Shown here piece after piece: positions 48,333-62,633 of a stretch of DNA of 64,000 bases. Both the position numbers and the translations under genes were made by a program. The stretch's first letter is position 1. Every line of letters starts with the position of its first letter. The notes under the pieces were generated by a model that saw only the letters and a list, made by a program, of their open reading frames with translations, was not told the origin of the DNA and made no database searches. The stretch is from Lytechinus pictus. Lineage: Eukaryota. Location: the NCBI RefSeq assembly GCF_037042905.1, contig NC_087251.1, forward strand, positions 2,358,001 through 2,422,000, written 5' to 3'.

Positions 48333-49678
48333 GCTCCCATTAGACTTTTTGAAAATATGTTTATTTTAGACTCTCATAACACTTTCACATAACTTGAATT
48401 AAATCTAAAGTAGAGATGGTTTTTTTTTCCTATTTTCCCAAATGTTTGAACTCATTTACATTGAAATCCATGCTATGATTCCAGAATGGTTGCGGCAGTT
48501 TCTTGATATGTTGATTGGACAACCCTTAACTAAATGTAAACTTGCTCTTGGTAGTTGTTTTTATTCAGTTAGGGGTTGTGCTTTTATAGTTGCATATTTT
48601 GACATTCTTGTTTTAGGAGAGAAATTCTGGGATTTAGTGAATTGTATAATGCTTTGGAGAGTGTAAACCAATCATGATCAAGTATGATGAAAGATTTTCA
48701 TCTTTGATCTTGCGCAAGCGTTGAAGCGGGCCAAATAGCGATATCATCCCAAGGGGGTTTAAGACCGATGTCTGTAGGCTGAAGGAGGACTAAAAGCTTT
48801 CTCATCTGTGTAACTTGGACATCATTATTTTAGAAAGCACTGTCTGTGTCTTACATTGCTCGGGGATGACGCATTTTCTAAACATAAAGCCAAAACAGAA
48901 AATTCATGTCATTGCTCTTCCATTTATTCATTAGTTTCAGTATTAGCCTTTTCAAATCAGGTCATACACAACATTAATGATTGTATAGCTTATTGGATTT
49001 ACTCTATGTAACATGAAATGTACAACAAATTGTGCAATTGATTCTAACTAAGTCCATTGCAAGCATTTACAAAAGATTACAATCGATTATAACTATTGAT
49101 TATATATCTTTATTTCACAGGCACAATCATACAAAACAATGTAATTCATTGTTCATGGCAAAATGAATTACAGTATGTGGCTTCACAGGAATGCTGTTAT
49201 CATTGTAACCATTTCATAAAGACATAATTTAATACAAATTTTTCAAAGTAATACAAAGTAATAAATAGATTACTTCTCATAATGAATCATGTATTTAAAG
49301 AATGAGAATTGAAAATTTGATTTAAACTGACAAGAACACAAGAACACAATCACAAAATCATTTTCCGTAATAGTGGAAATTGAAGTTCATTGTTCCTTCA
49401 AATATAATACAGTCCTGAAAATAATCATCAGGCTTCTGATCTGATTTCAAACTCTTGTAATAAAAAATGTTCACATTTTCCTTCACATTTGGAATGTAGA
49501 TTGACAATACTGACAATAAGCATATCCTCTGTGACAAATTCATGCTTTCATTGTATTTTTCACATTATACTAGCTAAGTTTGAATACATTAAATCTGCAT
49601 AGACCATAGTTACAAACCACTTTTTTTGAATTCTTGCCATTGTTATAGTGTGCTCCATTCTGTGGCAGCTATCCTATA

Positions 49679-50377
49679 ATATCATCAGTGATTTTTTTTA
49701 ACTGGCTCAAACCTCAGCTGGCCTCCAAAACATTATTTCTAGGTAATCGCATTCAAAGTTGGATGTTTTTCATACGCTCATAACTTCGCGCTTTGAAAGA
49801 AACCAGATCAATTATTTATACCAATTTAAAGGATATATTCTATTCTTTTGTAATATACAAAATTTTGTCTGCAATTGGTATTTATTCTTTTGAATATTTG
49901 AAATGAAGCGCTTGTGTGCATTTCAGAAGCTGCTAATTTTTACCCAAAACCGGGGGTTTGAGCCAGTTCATAAAATCATGCGCACCATGCATCCTGTTTT
50001 TTAGCGGCACAAACCACGGTTTGAGAAAGTTTGTAAAATCATTCATGCCATGCACATGTTTTTCTTTAGATGTACAAACCCTGCGCAAACCAAATACGCA
50101 CCACATACGTGCAGCGTCTAGGACCTGTGCATGCCATTCTAGAGACTTTATAGTACACAAAGCATGGTTTGAGCCAGTTCGTAAAATCAAAGGAGGGGGT
50201 TGAGCCGGTTCGTAAAAATATTAAATTTGCCCTTATTTTTTAAATAATTCAAATTTTTATCTGAAATTTGGCAAATCAATAGAGTAAATCACAGGCTTTC
50301 AGAATATGCAAGAAATAAATTTCGAAAATTTGACCAAATATTAGGTATGAGCCGGTTCGTAAAATCACTGACGATAT
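49679..50377. mobile_element. ~700-bp MITE, superfamily unassigned
   Basis: ~35-bp TIRs atatcatcagtgatttt...ggctcaaacct / aggtatgagccggttcgtaaaatcactgacgatat; motif tgagccrgttcrtaaaa repeated internally. Confidence 0.75.
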
Positions 50378-51839
50378 ATCTGGCTGCTTTCTGCTCAGGA
50401 CTGTGAAATCCGAGGCAGTACAAGGCAGTTGTGTTCAGAGAGATAGAGATTGAACTACATTGGTTTTTCCATTACTGGAAATATTGTCACGCCATCTCTC
50501 TTAAAGAGATTGACCTGGAGAACAGTTTCACAAAGCTTTTTGCCAGTGACTTTTAATTCACAGCTGATATCATTGCCTTCTGATTGGCTAAGAGAACATT
50601 TATCAGTGAAAACTGCTGACAAGAAACTGGATGAAACACTCCCTGATGCCTGTTTCATTAAATTTTGTACACTTTCCAAGAAACACTTATATTTTTAAAA
50701 ACATGATTTAAGGTGACATTTTGAGATCACCCATACTACTCATACAAATTCTTACATTCATTTAAAGAATAGGCTTCTATTATATATTTTGTCAACATGT
50801 GGATAATCTTAAAAGGAACTTCTGTCTGCACATATCACAAAACAGGAGTGAAATCAAATATGTTTTAACCCTGGTGAGAGAATTCAATGAAACCATTCTT
50901 TACTCCTATCATGGTTATAGGGGCTCAAATACATTTCTTTGTTATCTTTTACAAGTTTATTTTGTTTGTTAAATGGGCCAGAAGTAAAGTGATTGCTGAA
51001 TTGTTAAATACTATGAATTTCCAATATTTACTTTTTTTTAACTTTCATATACCACATGACTATTTCTGAAATTGAAAACAAAAATGAATTGTAAAATGTG
51101 CATGTATACCTTTAAGCAATGAAAAGAAATGCAATCATAATTGTGAAATATAAAAATACTATTATCAATATTTGAAAATTGACATTTGTAGAATGTTATA
51201 TGAATTGTAGAATTATATATATTTTCCTCTTTTTGTTTGAAAAAAAATGTTGAAAAGTCCTTTAACAAGCACCAGCTGACCTTTTATCAGAAATTTAAAA
51301 TGAAAGGAAAGAGCTTGTATGAGATAAGAGGAGTAAAACAAGGCATGACATACACCATGTATAGGACTGCATGGTGCATATTACACAAGGCGCATGTGGC
51401 TTGAGTTATACATGCAATGAATAATAGATATGTGCCATTAACAAGACACACGCATCATTAATGGGTGGTAGGGGAGATGACTTGACAAACGCTCTGCATA
51501 CGCTAACAGCTAAACTCAATAAGATATTATGAAAGTTATTTCAGATACTCTTACATACCTTGCCTTTCAATATCAAAATGACTTACTGTTTTTTTTTTAT
51601 TGGACCTCATTTGTTCAGTTAATTTAATTTAAGAAATGATATAAAACCATCTAATAGACATGAATAGATACGTTTTACATTAATGCAATATTTTACTACT
51701 TCATACCAAAAGAATGGCATGTCAATAACTCAAAAAACAAACAAAGAATAAACTACATAGGATTTAAATAAGGGAACATATTTATTGTTTAAATTGAATC
51801 ATTTTCTTGGGCTACCAGTGGTGAATATATATCCCCTAT

Positions 51840-51983
51840 CAGTGGTGGATCCAGGATTTTGAAAGAAAGGGAAGTAGATGATAATTTTATTAGACTTAGC
51901 TGTGTATCAATTTGTATGTTCAATGGGGGTATATTCTCCAAACATATAAGGGGGGCTGGCATTCCCGCCTGGATCCGCCACTG
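51840..51983. mobile_element. Small hAT-like MITE
   Basis: TIRs CAGTGGTGGATCCAGG / CCTGGATCCGCCACTG; TSD not preserved. Confidence 0.6.
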
Positions 51984-52249
51984 CCGAACATGTGAAGAGC
52001 AATGTGAAATATCATTTAATAGATTAAACACACACACTAAAGAAAAAAAACCATTGGCTACTCAGAAACAAACTATAGACTTTTAGAGTTTCCATTGGTA
52101 AACTAATGCTCCTGTTTAATTCTTAATTTGTATTCTGCCTAGAATATGAAGAAACTTCCAACCAAAGGTGCTTTCACATCCACTCAATCACAAAAAACCT
52201 GTAAATTATGAAAACTTATTCAGGCCTAGAAATACATGATAATTTAAGA

Positions 52250-52466
52250 ATGAAATGAAATGAAAATCTATATTTTATTGTTGCCCAACTGACCGTGGTC
52301 CCAGCAGCCGCTGTGCAGCGTCAGATCGACGAGGCTCTATCTCTATACCCGTTGAACATCTAGCAGGGTAGCATCAACTCCTATCTTTTAACGTCTTTGG
52401 TCTGACGTGGCCGGGGTTTGAACTCCCGACCTCCCGGTTGTGAGACGGACGCTCTACCAACTGAGC
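52250..52466 (-). mobile_element. tRNA-derived SINE, family 2
   Basis: Reverse complement matches the head and core of 53625-53891; (TTTCA)n tail. Confidence 0.82.
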
Positions 52467-53624
52467 GGTGTTAATTATATTGTGTGTCCACATCCACCTG
52501 AGCAAGATAAAATTTCATACCGGTAAAATACCAAACATTTTCTTTGTTTGAGTAGGTATATAGAAATATTTAAGTCTATTATCACATGCTTTTTTTTGTT
52601 TTAACATTTTAAGCCATACTTCATTTTGCTATTTTTGAAAATCAACTTGCTAAAAACAAAAATTGTTTTGTGTTGTTGAGGTCTTACCAATCTGTTTTAA
52701 CATTTTAGTAAAATGAAAAAAAAAAGGCAACACTGACACATCATTCTTGATAATAAAAGAATCATGTATGGTGACAGATGTTAGAATTTGATTTAAAAAT
52801 AGTTTATTAGGCAGTAAATATTTTTTTTGCTTTGGGAGATATTTTTTTTTTCTTTGATATGACTCAGTGTGATAAAGTTCTAAGAAGAAACCTTTCCTCC
52901 AGCATGATCTAATTATGAGGTAATGTGATCTGTTTTTCCAGTCATTCTAATCAATTATCAGCAATGATTTATCAGATTGAGGCATTCATATTTAGAAAAT
53001 TACAGAATTTAATTATCATTGGCATGAATGTTGTCAGTGAAAAGAAAATGGAATAAGAAACGAGCTCCCACTCATAGAAATTAAAGCAGGCCATTTTCAA
53101 CCGGGCTAGTCAGGTAATGGTCCCTAAAGTGTAAAGAGATATACTTTTTTTCCTTCTAAACCATGGCCCTCTGAACTATTTTAGATTCTTTATATAGTGC
53201 CCCCAAAAGTGTTCCTCTTAGTGGCTTCTTATTCTTGTATGGAAAGCATTTCACACCTATTAGCTTGCAACCCATTGGGAGTTTCTATTCCCTCTTGGAT
53301 ATCGGTGTCTTCTGCATGGCAACCTCAATATGTTGGGCTCACATTCACCTTATTTCATACTATATCACCCCTTTGTGTTCCCCTAAACTTGGTGATATCA
53401 CTGGCATGAACTGGTTTCCCTGCCTCTTATGTTTTATGAATTCAAATCTTATTTGATTGCTGTTTGTTTTAAGATCTAAGGTGGATATGAAACTAGATAA
53501 AAGAAATTTGCCAACACAAAATTTGTAGCGTCATTGTATCTATTTCTTTTTACTTTTCTCTAAATGAATGTATGAATGAATAAATGAATAATTAAATGAA
53601 TAATTAAATAAATAAATAAATAAA

Positions 53625-53891
53625 CGGTGTGTTGGCTCAGTTGGTAGAGCATCCGTCTCACAACCGGGAGGTTGGGGGTTCAAACCCAGCCGCGTCAGAC
53701 CAACAGAGGTTAAAAAATGCGAGTTGCTGCTACCCTGTTTGACGTTGCAGGATTTAAGGAATAGAGCAATGTTGATCTGGTGCTGCACAGTGGCTGCAGG
53801 GCCCACTATCAATTGGCAAAACAAATTTTTGGAGTATTCATTTCTGATGTCTATTTCAAACAATATGGATTAAAAAAATAAATAAATAAAT
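53625..53891 (+). mobile_element. tRNA-derived SINE, family 2 (MetaSINE-like core)
   Basis: TGGCTCAGTTGGTAGAGC A box, GGTTCAAACCC B box, core gtcagaccaa.aga.gttaaaa...gagttgctgctaccctgtttg; flanked by (AAAT)n. Confidence 0.85.
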
Positions 53892-56819
53892 GATTGCAAA
53901 TAAGCCAAATTAATTCTGAGATTTTTCATTACCTTTAGTCTCTAATTGTGAAAGGATGTGTGCCATATTAAACTATTATCTAAACAAACAAAGTTTGATA
54001 CAAATGTTTTAAACACGAGTGTATCGTAAGGTTGGTTTATTAAGTTCTTCATGATAAGAAAACATTGATACTACTTACGAGCTCTGACATTTAAACTTTT
54101 TTCTAAGAAGCTAAAGGATTAAGCCAATTTCTCTTGAAATTAACTTAAAATCTAGAGTCTTTAAGAGTTACTTTATTTTATTGCCTATTGGTATAGGATG
54201 ATCATTGTACAAAGCTTATTGGAATCACAGAATTCAGCAGTGGATGGGTTTAGGAGTAAATGTCAAGAGATACACTTAATACAGTTGTAAAGATGAAGAA
54301 ATAGAACTTGGACAAAGAATACTAAATTCTGGCATCAGACTCTAAATGTCATTCCTTTCTGCTATTTGTATTCAAGCGAGGGTTTTGTTAGATGGGCAAA
54401 TATCATTTGTATGGGATTCTAATCTAGTCACAGGTGCTGATTAATAACTAATTTCAAAGCTAAACATGTTAGTCACATCCTGACTATTCACTGCTCACTA
54501 CACCTTCTGCGTATGACCTTTTTACAATACTACATTTAGATTCTTTGAAGAAATTAGATATTGGAATGCTGGAAATTCTTTGGGTCTTGCTTTATTTTTC
54601 ATCCTTGTTCTGTCATTCTAGAAATAATGACTTAGAAGATTATTTTTAGGTTATCTTTGAACCTTTATATAACAAAAAAACGAATTCTCTTTAGATAGGA
54701 ATTGTGTAACTTATTAACTAAAAGGTTTTTAACACAATCGCTTTTATAGAAAAGTGCCAACACTTATTGACTTGGAGTACAGGCAATGAGATTAACGACA
54801 AGAAATCCTCTAATAATTTCTTCTCTGAACTTTGACAGTGACAATTTTCCAATTCCAATATGAATTCAAATCTTTTTGAGCTTTAAAAACTAATCTGTAA
54901 TATCTAAGAAGAAATCTAGCATTCAGCTGGTCACGATTCACAGACAATCTGGATTTATTTAAAATCTTTAAAATTTAGAATGTACATCCTATTTTATTTC
55001 TGTTTGCTTTACTTGGGGATTGTCAACTCAAAATTGTAGAGATTTGCTAATTTCAATGCTTTTCGAGTTCATTAACACTTAGCAAAATGTTTTTACAGCA
55101 TTAACATTTAATTCCAGTTTGTTTTTTAATCATAGCATGTATAGATCTGCATATTCTTTATGTAGTATATGTTCATGATGTGCAGATTACTTTTTCACAC
55201 TGTACCTGTTTTTGTGTAAACAAGACTATATATTTATCATATCACAATTACTCAAACAGTACTTGTGATGACAAATAGCAAGGTCTCCTCAAGTGTTCTT
55301 ATCTGGCATATATCTGAATCCAGACCAGTCTACCTTAGAGGATACTTGGCATTTAAAAAGGGAGCTTAGGTGAAAAAAATCATCTTGAGTTCATCTTGAA
55401 GTTCTTTTCGTGTTATTTAGGAAGAATACTATCGTAAAAAGTTCCAGAGTGAAGGATTGCTAGTCTGATGCACTACATGTCATTAAATATGAAAAGACAG
55501 CCAAGTGTTTGCATGTAGTCCTGTATCTTAATTTCTTTGTGCAGTACATATGACAAACAACAAATTCTAATTTAAATTCTGATAATTTTGATGATTCCAC
55601 GATATTACAACAATACCATAAATCTTTGAAGCAATATAACAAACTTTTCTCCATCTTTTTGAGCAGATCCATTTACAATTCAATCTCTTGAATAAAAATT
55701 ATTTTCATCTTTAAAAGTGCTACAATTTTCAGTGTATGTTAGGTACCAAAACAAAATGTGAGTGACAAGTACAAAGAGAGTCATGATTACTATAACATGC
55801 CTGAGATCATATCATTTGCATTCATCTGAACCATTATATCAATTAGTTTGGGGATAATCAACATGTTTTGAAGAAAATTAAATTGGAGTTCCTATTCTAT
55901 ATGTTGTGAAATTTCTAGTGAAATTTTGTCAGATTCTAAGATGACAGATTTTCCATGCAAGATTGCATGTTTTGGTTGAAAATGTGCACCATACATTTAA
56001 TAGGCAAATTTATGTTCACCAAAATGTCTTATCTGACTGCTTTGATAAAAGTGTGATTTGATAGTTTGTATATAATATATTTTTAAAGTGGGGTCAGAAT
56101 TATTAGCCTGCAAAGACTGAACATACTAAGCATTTTATAACCCTTGCAAGTTTTCTTTCACTTCTTAAGTTTGAGTAAAATAAAGATACAAAATTTAAGA
56201 AGAGATTTTCTTAGGCATTCCTGACATGTACTAAAGAAATCTTCTGATAGTGTTTTACAAAAAGTTGCTGTATATGGTAAAGTTTAGACTTGATTTTTGT
56301 ATTTGCATTTACACTTTATGTATGACAATTCCAATGACTGACGACATGGGTTTCACTGCTTGATGTAAACACAAACTTTCCCTCTAAGGAGCCTAGAATT
56401 AGTTTGCCTTTTTTTACAACACAATTAGGTTGAAAATTACTCTTAAATATAGACTTCTATTTTTGCAAAGTACTATTTTATTTTTTTTTAAATACTTTTC
56501 AATGGTATTGCTCATAATTAGGAAAGGCTTGTTGATGTTAAATCTTTTGCTATTTTTACCCAAACAAACATCCTTCATTGCAGTATGCAGTATAAAAACA
56601 TGGTGAGTGTATTTCTGCAAGCAAATAAGCACAGGTGTTGTAAATGAGGTTACACCACATGTGACCAAAGGATATGGAAAGGACATGCTCATTAGGGACT
56701 TGCTAGTAATCACCATTGTTTAATAAACACATGCACTCTGTTGTTTTGACATTCTAAAAAGCTATTTCTGTCATTTGCTTAAAATAAGTTAATGGATATA
56801 TAGAAATAAGGAATATTTT

Positions 56820-57362
56820 TATCTTATACTTTTTCATATTATATTTAGCCATTTGGGTAGTCCATATATAGAAAGAAAAAAAAATAATAAATTGTAGAAT
56901 ACATTCAATATTTTATCTCCATCTAGTGGGATCAGATGTTATTTACGTGTCTACTTTTACAAAAATAAAAAAATAAAATTATTATCTATTACAAATAAAT
57001 ATATAATTATTATGTTACATCTTTTCCCAATTATACTTAGCTATTTGGATACCTCATAAATAGAAGGAAAACAAAAAAGAAATAGATTGCAGAATTCATT
57101 CAATATTTTTATCTCCATCTAGTGGGATCAGATGTTAGTTTCTCTTCTACTTTTACCCCCCAAAAATAGATAAAAATTATTATGTTATATCTTTTCCCAA
57201 TTATAGTTAGCCATTTGAGTACTCCATAGATATAACATAAATAGAAGGAAAACAAAATAATAGATTGTAGAATTCATTCAATATTTTAATCTCTATTTAG
57301 TGGGATCAGATGTTATTTGCTTGTCTACTTTTACTTAAATAAAAAATAAAAGTATTATCTAT
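56820..57362. repeat. Tandem repeat, three copies of ~180-195 bp
   Basis: cattcaatatttt...tagtgggatcagatgtta...ctacttttac recurs at ~56925, ~57121 and ~57299. Confidence 0.85.
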
Positions 57363-57490
57363 GTAGAGTATTTTATCGATGCATAAAAATGCATATTTTG
57401 GTCTGCATATTTGCCTGTTCAATATGATAATGTATCCCTTAAAAGGACTGAAATCCAACAAATATCTCATAGGCTCACTTGCTATTCAAT

Positions 57491-57872
57491 ATTATACAAA
57501 TAATGCACATGAGCGCGTGCATGCAGGGCCAAATAATGAACGATGTGCGAGAAGAGCCAATGGATATACTGCACCGAGGTCCACAGTGCAGTATATCCAT
57601 TTGGGAGTCGAGCACAGAGTTCATTATTTAGGTCCTCCATGCACAAGAATGCATGCATTGTTTGTTTTATTCACCTCCCCCCGTTACTGAGTTGCCCCGA
57701 ATGCTATATTTGATCTAAATTCTTGATAATTCTACAGAGTGCAGGATAGTGCACTTGGTATGACGTCAGAGTGTAGGATAGTACATTTTGAATGCCATAG
57801 TGCAATTTGCTGAATATCATGTGATCCGATTTGGACCAATCAGATTACAGAACATTCATGGGAGTTGTATAA
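57491..57872. mobile_element. Palindromic, Crypton-like non-autonomous element (tentative)
   Basis: ~170-bp imperfect palindrome centred at 57580 plus a second inverted pair ttattcacctccc / gggagttgtataa. Confidence 0.4.
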
Positions 57873-60800
57873 GATATCATATTCAACCGTTTAGTGCGCA
57901 TGCGTGGATGCCTGAAATGTACAACGCGTATAATAATGAATGCAATGCGATGCTTAGCATAGAGCACAATGATATTTAATGACATCACAATGAACTACAT
58001 GTATTGTAAGTCACATTTCTATGATCAAATTTCATCTTGTGAAGTGAGGCCATATTAACTGATTGCATTAAGTTACATGAATTTGATCAATCATATTTTT
58101 CTCTCTTCTTTTTGGGGGGGGGGAGGTGTGATAGTGATAATTATATTGGACAAATTTATTTTATGGAATACAAGAATTTGATCTACTCTTGGAATATTCT
58201 GGTATTCCAGTCTGAGTTATCCAATTTAATATAAATATTTCACATTGATAATATGTAATAATTATAAGTAATGATGAAGTATTAAAATGATCATTTCAAG
58301 AACCATCTTCATCAATGTCTGGAGGGACAGGTTTCACAAGGACGCATACTCTCTGGTAAGAATTATCCAACGTTCTTATGAGTTTTGATAAATTTTTTTT
58401 TCAATTGGAAAACACAATAAGAGAGGTACATACCTTTTGATGATGTGAGATGTAGAATTACCAATGATGTAGTCTGCTCTCTCTGACTTGCTTCTTAGTG
58501 ACTGTATTTTGTTGTCATGTCACCTGACCAGTCTCTGCATCCCAGCCTCCAATGTACAATATTCAATTCAATTACGTTCGCATTTATTTTACTCTCGATT
58601 GTAAAAAGTATTTAACACAAAACATATTTACATTATATTTATAAGGAACATTGAAAATGAACTGGAAATTGGTAGCTGCATAAATCAAGTCACAAGTATA
58701 TCTATTGCTGGCATGTATTCATCCAGCTCATAATCGTAGGGATTGGATTGAAATAAGGATCATTCAGATTGTTTAGTCACCAGGCCATTACAGGGTCCAT
58801 CTAGCTCCTATTTCTATAGTCACTGCGATAGTTTCATATCTAACCCTGTAAGCAAGTAGTGGAACTTTTGAACAGTATATCATTTCCATAAGGAAATCCA
58901 TCCAAAATAGAATATAATAAACAGAAATGAAATAGTTTGTCTTTTAATATGCATTTAATTGATCAATATTCTTCAGCAGGAAATACTGATATCAATACCA
59001 CTCTTACTGGAACCAAAGTGTGATAATTAAATTCCAAATTTCTTTTGTTAATAAACATTGTTGACATACTGAACATATGTTCAGGGGAGGATGTTATGTG
59101 ATGGCATGTTTAGATTGCTTATTTTCTCAAACATATATTGTCAATAAGTAGGTGACAAGAATTTGATTATATGTCATATTACTGTTGTAAAGGGAAATGT
59201 TTAAGCATTTTTTTTACACAGAAATAATTACATTGAAAATGGAGAGAGAGAGAGAGAGGGGGGGGGGGTAGATTTGATGAAGGGAGGGGTAGACAGAGTA
59301 AAAACTAAAAAACAAAGTCTAAACTTATTATCACCCTTTTTCTTAATCATCCCTCATAGTAATAGCTAGTCCATTCAAAAGATGTTTCTTGTGTGGGTAT
59401 TTTTTTTACATACATGTGCAAATTCTATTTATTTATCTTAAAAAGACCCAGATACTTCCATGAATTGTGCAAAAGATAGAATGAGGTGACATATTAAGAA
59501 GCTTGCTCAAGCAAGGTGCTTCCTCAGACAAACAAACCCCACCCCCTAAAAAAAAACACCCCAAAAATACAAAAAAAGTAATCTTTGACAACTTAAAACA
59601 CATGGGACGAATTAAAACAATTTACAAATCTTTACAACACACAACATAAATATGATGGTTCTATGAAACTTTCATAGAACATTCATACCATTTATAAGAT
59701 CATACAACATATTTTACTATATTTCAAGCTGAAGATATTTTATGATAAATGATATTTCCTTTTTATTGACCCTAATTCTATTAAAATAAAGATAGCTTTT
59801 GCACTATAGCATAACTGAATCTAATTCATATTTCTTCTCATCTATTTTGTTATCAATATTTCTATTATTTATTTTGTTGTCAATATTTCTATTATTTATT
59901 TATTCATTTTTAATCATTATGTTTTAAGGGGGTTGTTCTCAATTTCAAAACTAATCTATATAAGTTGCCCCAAAAATATAAAAGAGCACCTTCCCCCACC
60001 CCCTTGCAAAATCAAACAAACAATAATATCATATAATAAAATGATGAATGTCCACATGCAATACCATATTTGACATTGACTTATCTTACCTTTTCTTGAA
60101 TGATCAGGCTCATCATGGTGGAATAGAACAATGGCTGATTTGAAACAAACATTCCATTAAATAATGCAAGAAGCTTAATGGAAACCCTTCATTCAATCCT
60201 CCTGCTAATGATGATAAGAGTCCTCACATAACTTGTATTATCATTAAATCACAAGACTCTCAATTGAGGTCTATGGTTCCAGTTGAAATTGAAGATCATA
60301 TTAGGCTGGGGATCAGAATCATTCACACTCTAAAAACTGACATGTTAAATCAGCAATTGAAATGTTGGATGCGTGGAAACCTTTTCTAAATGTTGTATTT
60401 ACCACTGTAAATGGTTTGACACAACACTTGAATTGTTGGATTTAGCTTTATGCAAGTTTGGATAAAACATTATTTTGAAAAAGGTTGTCACTTCTCCAAA
60501 CTTCCTGTTGCTCTGATGTAACATTTCACAATAAGTTAGGTTTAGACTTTTAGATTATAATGAATTGTATGCTGTGTTAAGGGTTAGGGATGCAGGTGAA
60601 TGCCATGTTGGCTTCAGAATTAGGATAAAATGGGTTTCATATTAGATTTTATGTTTTAGGATGAGGATGGATTCCATATTCCGTTCAAATCTTTAGATGG
60701 AAAGGGATTTCATGTTATGTGTGGATTAGGTTATATATTTTGATACTAACCACAGAACATTATATCCCCAACCTCCAATACTTTCTTTTGTCCTTGCTTT

Positions 60801-62262
60801 CCTCTTGTCTCTCATCAATTTATTCTGTCTATCTATCATTACATAGCCTTGTCTACCATGCCCTCCACTCATTCCACTCTCACATCCTTCTCATTCCATT
60901 CTATGGTTAAATAACATCTACTTAAAGGGGACAATCACATTTAGAAATTAAAAAACTAACTATATACCATGAAATCAATTAAAACATATTATTTTTATGT
61001 ATTTTTATGTGGTTAGTATGGACATTAATTAAAGTGTACTTAGAAAATCATTGATTTATATAACCTTCTGTGGAAAAGAGTAGTTTGACTCAAAAAGAAT
61101 TAAAAGGCAAATAAAATATTCAATATAATTAAATATAATAATATAAAAATATATATAAATGAATAATATATAAAGTAATATAAAATGATACACAAAATAT
61201 AATTAACTATTTGATATTGCTTATTTTTGGTTCTTTCAGCTGTCTGCATACAATCAACAGTTTATTTTTCTTTATTATCAATGAATGTATTATCATTAAA
61301 TTCTTATGTAAAAATAAATACATTTTCCTTTAAATTTTGAGTAGATATCTTTCTTGACCGAACTTTATACCCATTATATTTATTGGACTCACCTTGCGTA
61401 GAATCATAAAACCCCTATCCTGACCTCTAACTGTGAATAGGATCTAAGTTGGGGAGAAGAAAAATACTTGGGAAGAAAAAGTCTATTAGTGGGGAAAAAA
61501 TATAAACTTCACATATTATGTGTTAGAGTACATTTCCATTCAAGAGACTTCTTCATACATTCAAATGAATATATTTTCCTCAAGTCGTGGTGCAGTTCAA
61601 TCTTAATTAGTTCAAATTCCTATTGGTGGTTGTTGAATCTCTTGTGCTTCAAGTTGATCCATCTTGTGGGTCACTTGACCTACATGTGCAGATCACAAAG
61701 ACTGTATCATAAAGCTTAGCGATTGATTGTAGGAGATATTTCTATGATTGATCATGCATAACAATCAATACAATCAACTATAGAATTCAGCCTTGTTTAT
61801 TTGCTGGACTCTGGTGGGTGTTTGATAAAGCTGTTTGTTAGTCATTAATGATTTCATGCATGACTGGTTAACCTTTTTTGTTCTATTTGACATATATACC
61901 TGTGTAGCTGCTTCACAATCAAAGAACGTGTCCCAGTCAAGCGTAAAGTCATCTGCAACTTTAAGAACCGCTTTATGAAACAAACAACTGGTAAGAATAA
62001 AGAAAATTGAAATGGGATTTCTCATGAGGTATATCTTGCATCTGCTCTGCTAAAATAAATTTGATCATAAAGCCTTGCTGTAGAGATGATGGTGTTTGGT
62101 GTTAAATAACAAAATGTTATATTTTACTTTGGGGTTTGGTGTTGTGGATGATATCTGTTCTGCTCCTGGTCATTCCATTTCATTTGTTTCCTGAGCTTTC
62201 ATACACATGCCAATGACCTGTCTTTAGAAAAGTCATGCATGAGTTAGTATAAAATCCTTTAT

Positions 62263-62439
62263 GAAAAAAAAAATCATTATTCGAAATAGAAATCTGACAT
62301 AGAAATACTCCAGTTGGACATAGCTCTGTCCATTTAATTGTTGAACGCCAAACAGGGTAGCAGCAACTCCCATCTTTTAACGTCTTTGGTCTGATGCGAA
62401 CCTCCCAATGACATCTAACTTCTACTGAGCCAACACACC
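62263..62439 (-). mobile_element. tRNA-derived SINE, family 2, internally deleted
   Basis: ctgagccaacacacc head, cagggtagcagcaactc core. Confidence 0.75.
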
Positions 62440-62633
62440 AAAGATGTGGCATGTCCTGTGAAATTCAATTCAATATATTCTATTCCACGTAATCAACACA
62501 ATAATAGTAATATGTTTAGTAATACTTCAATTAGATGAATCATAGAAGAATGATCAGCTAATAAACAAAGTGATAATACCAGCAGTTTAGTGGTAGCTCC
62601 CATGCACATGACTCCCCATGTCATCTTAATTCC

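Noticed and set aside
47856..48392. 178-aa Phe/Leu-rich 'membrane' ORF and similar ORFs at 17849, 37460 and 46138
   Set aside because: Translations of pyrimidine-rich tracts in hAT elements or low-complexity DNA.
53625..53700. tRNA-like sequence with A and B boxes
   Set aside because: Continues into a multi-copy core and tail and lacks a closed acceptor stem, so it is a SINE head rather than a tRNA gene.
57821..57872. Frame reading ...IWTNQITEH..., resembling the expected next RAD51B exon (VILTNQIT)
   Set aside because: No AG acceptor at the required position, the upstream residues do not match, and it lies within the palindromic repeat.
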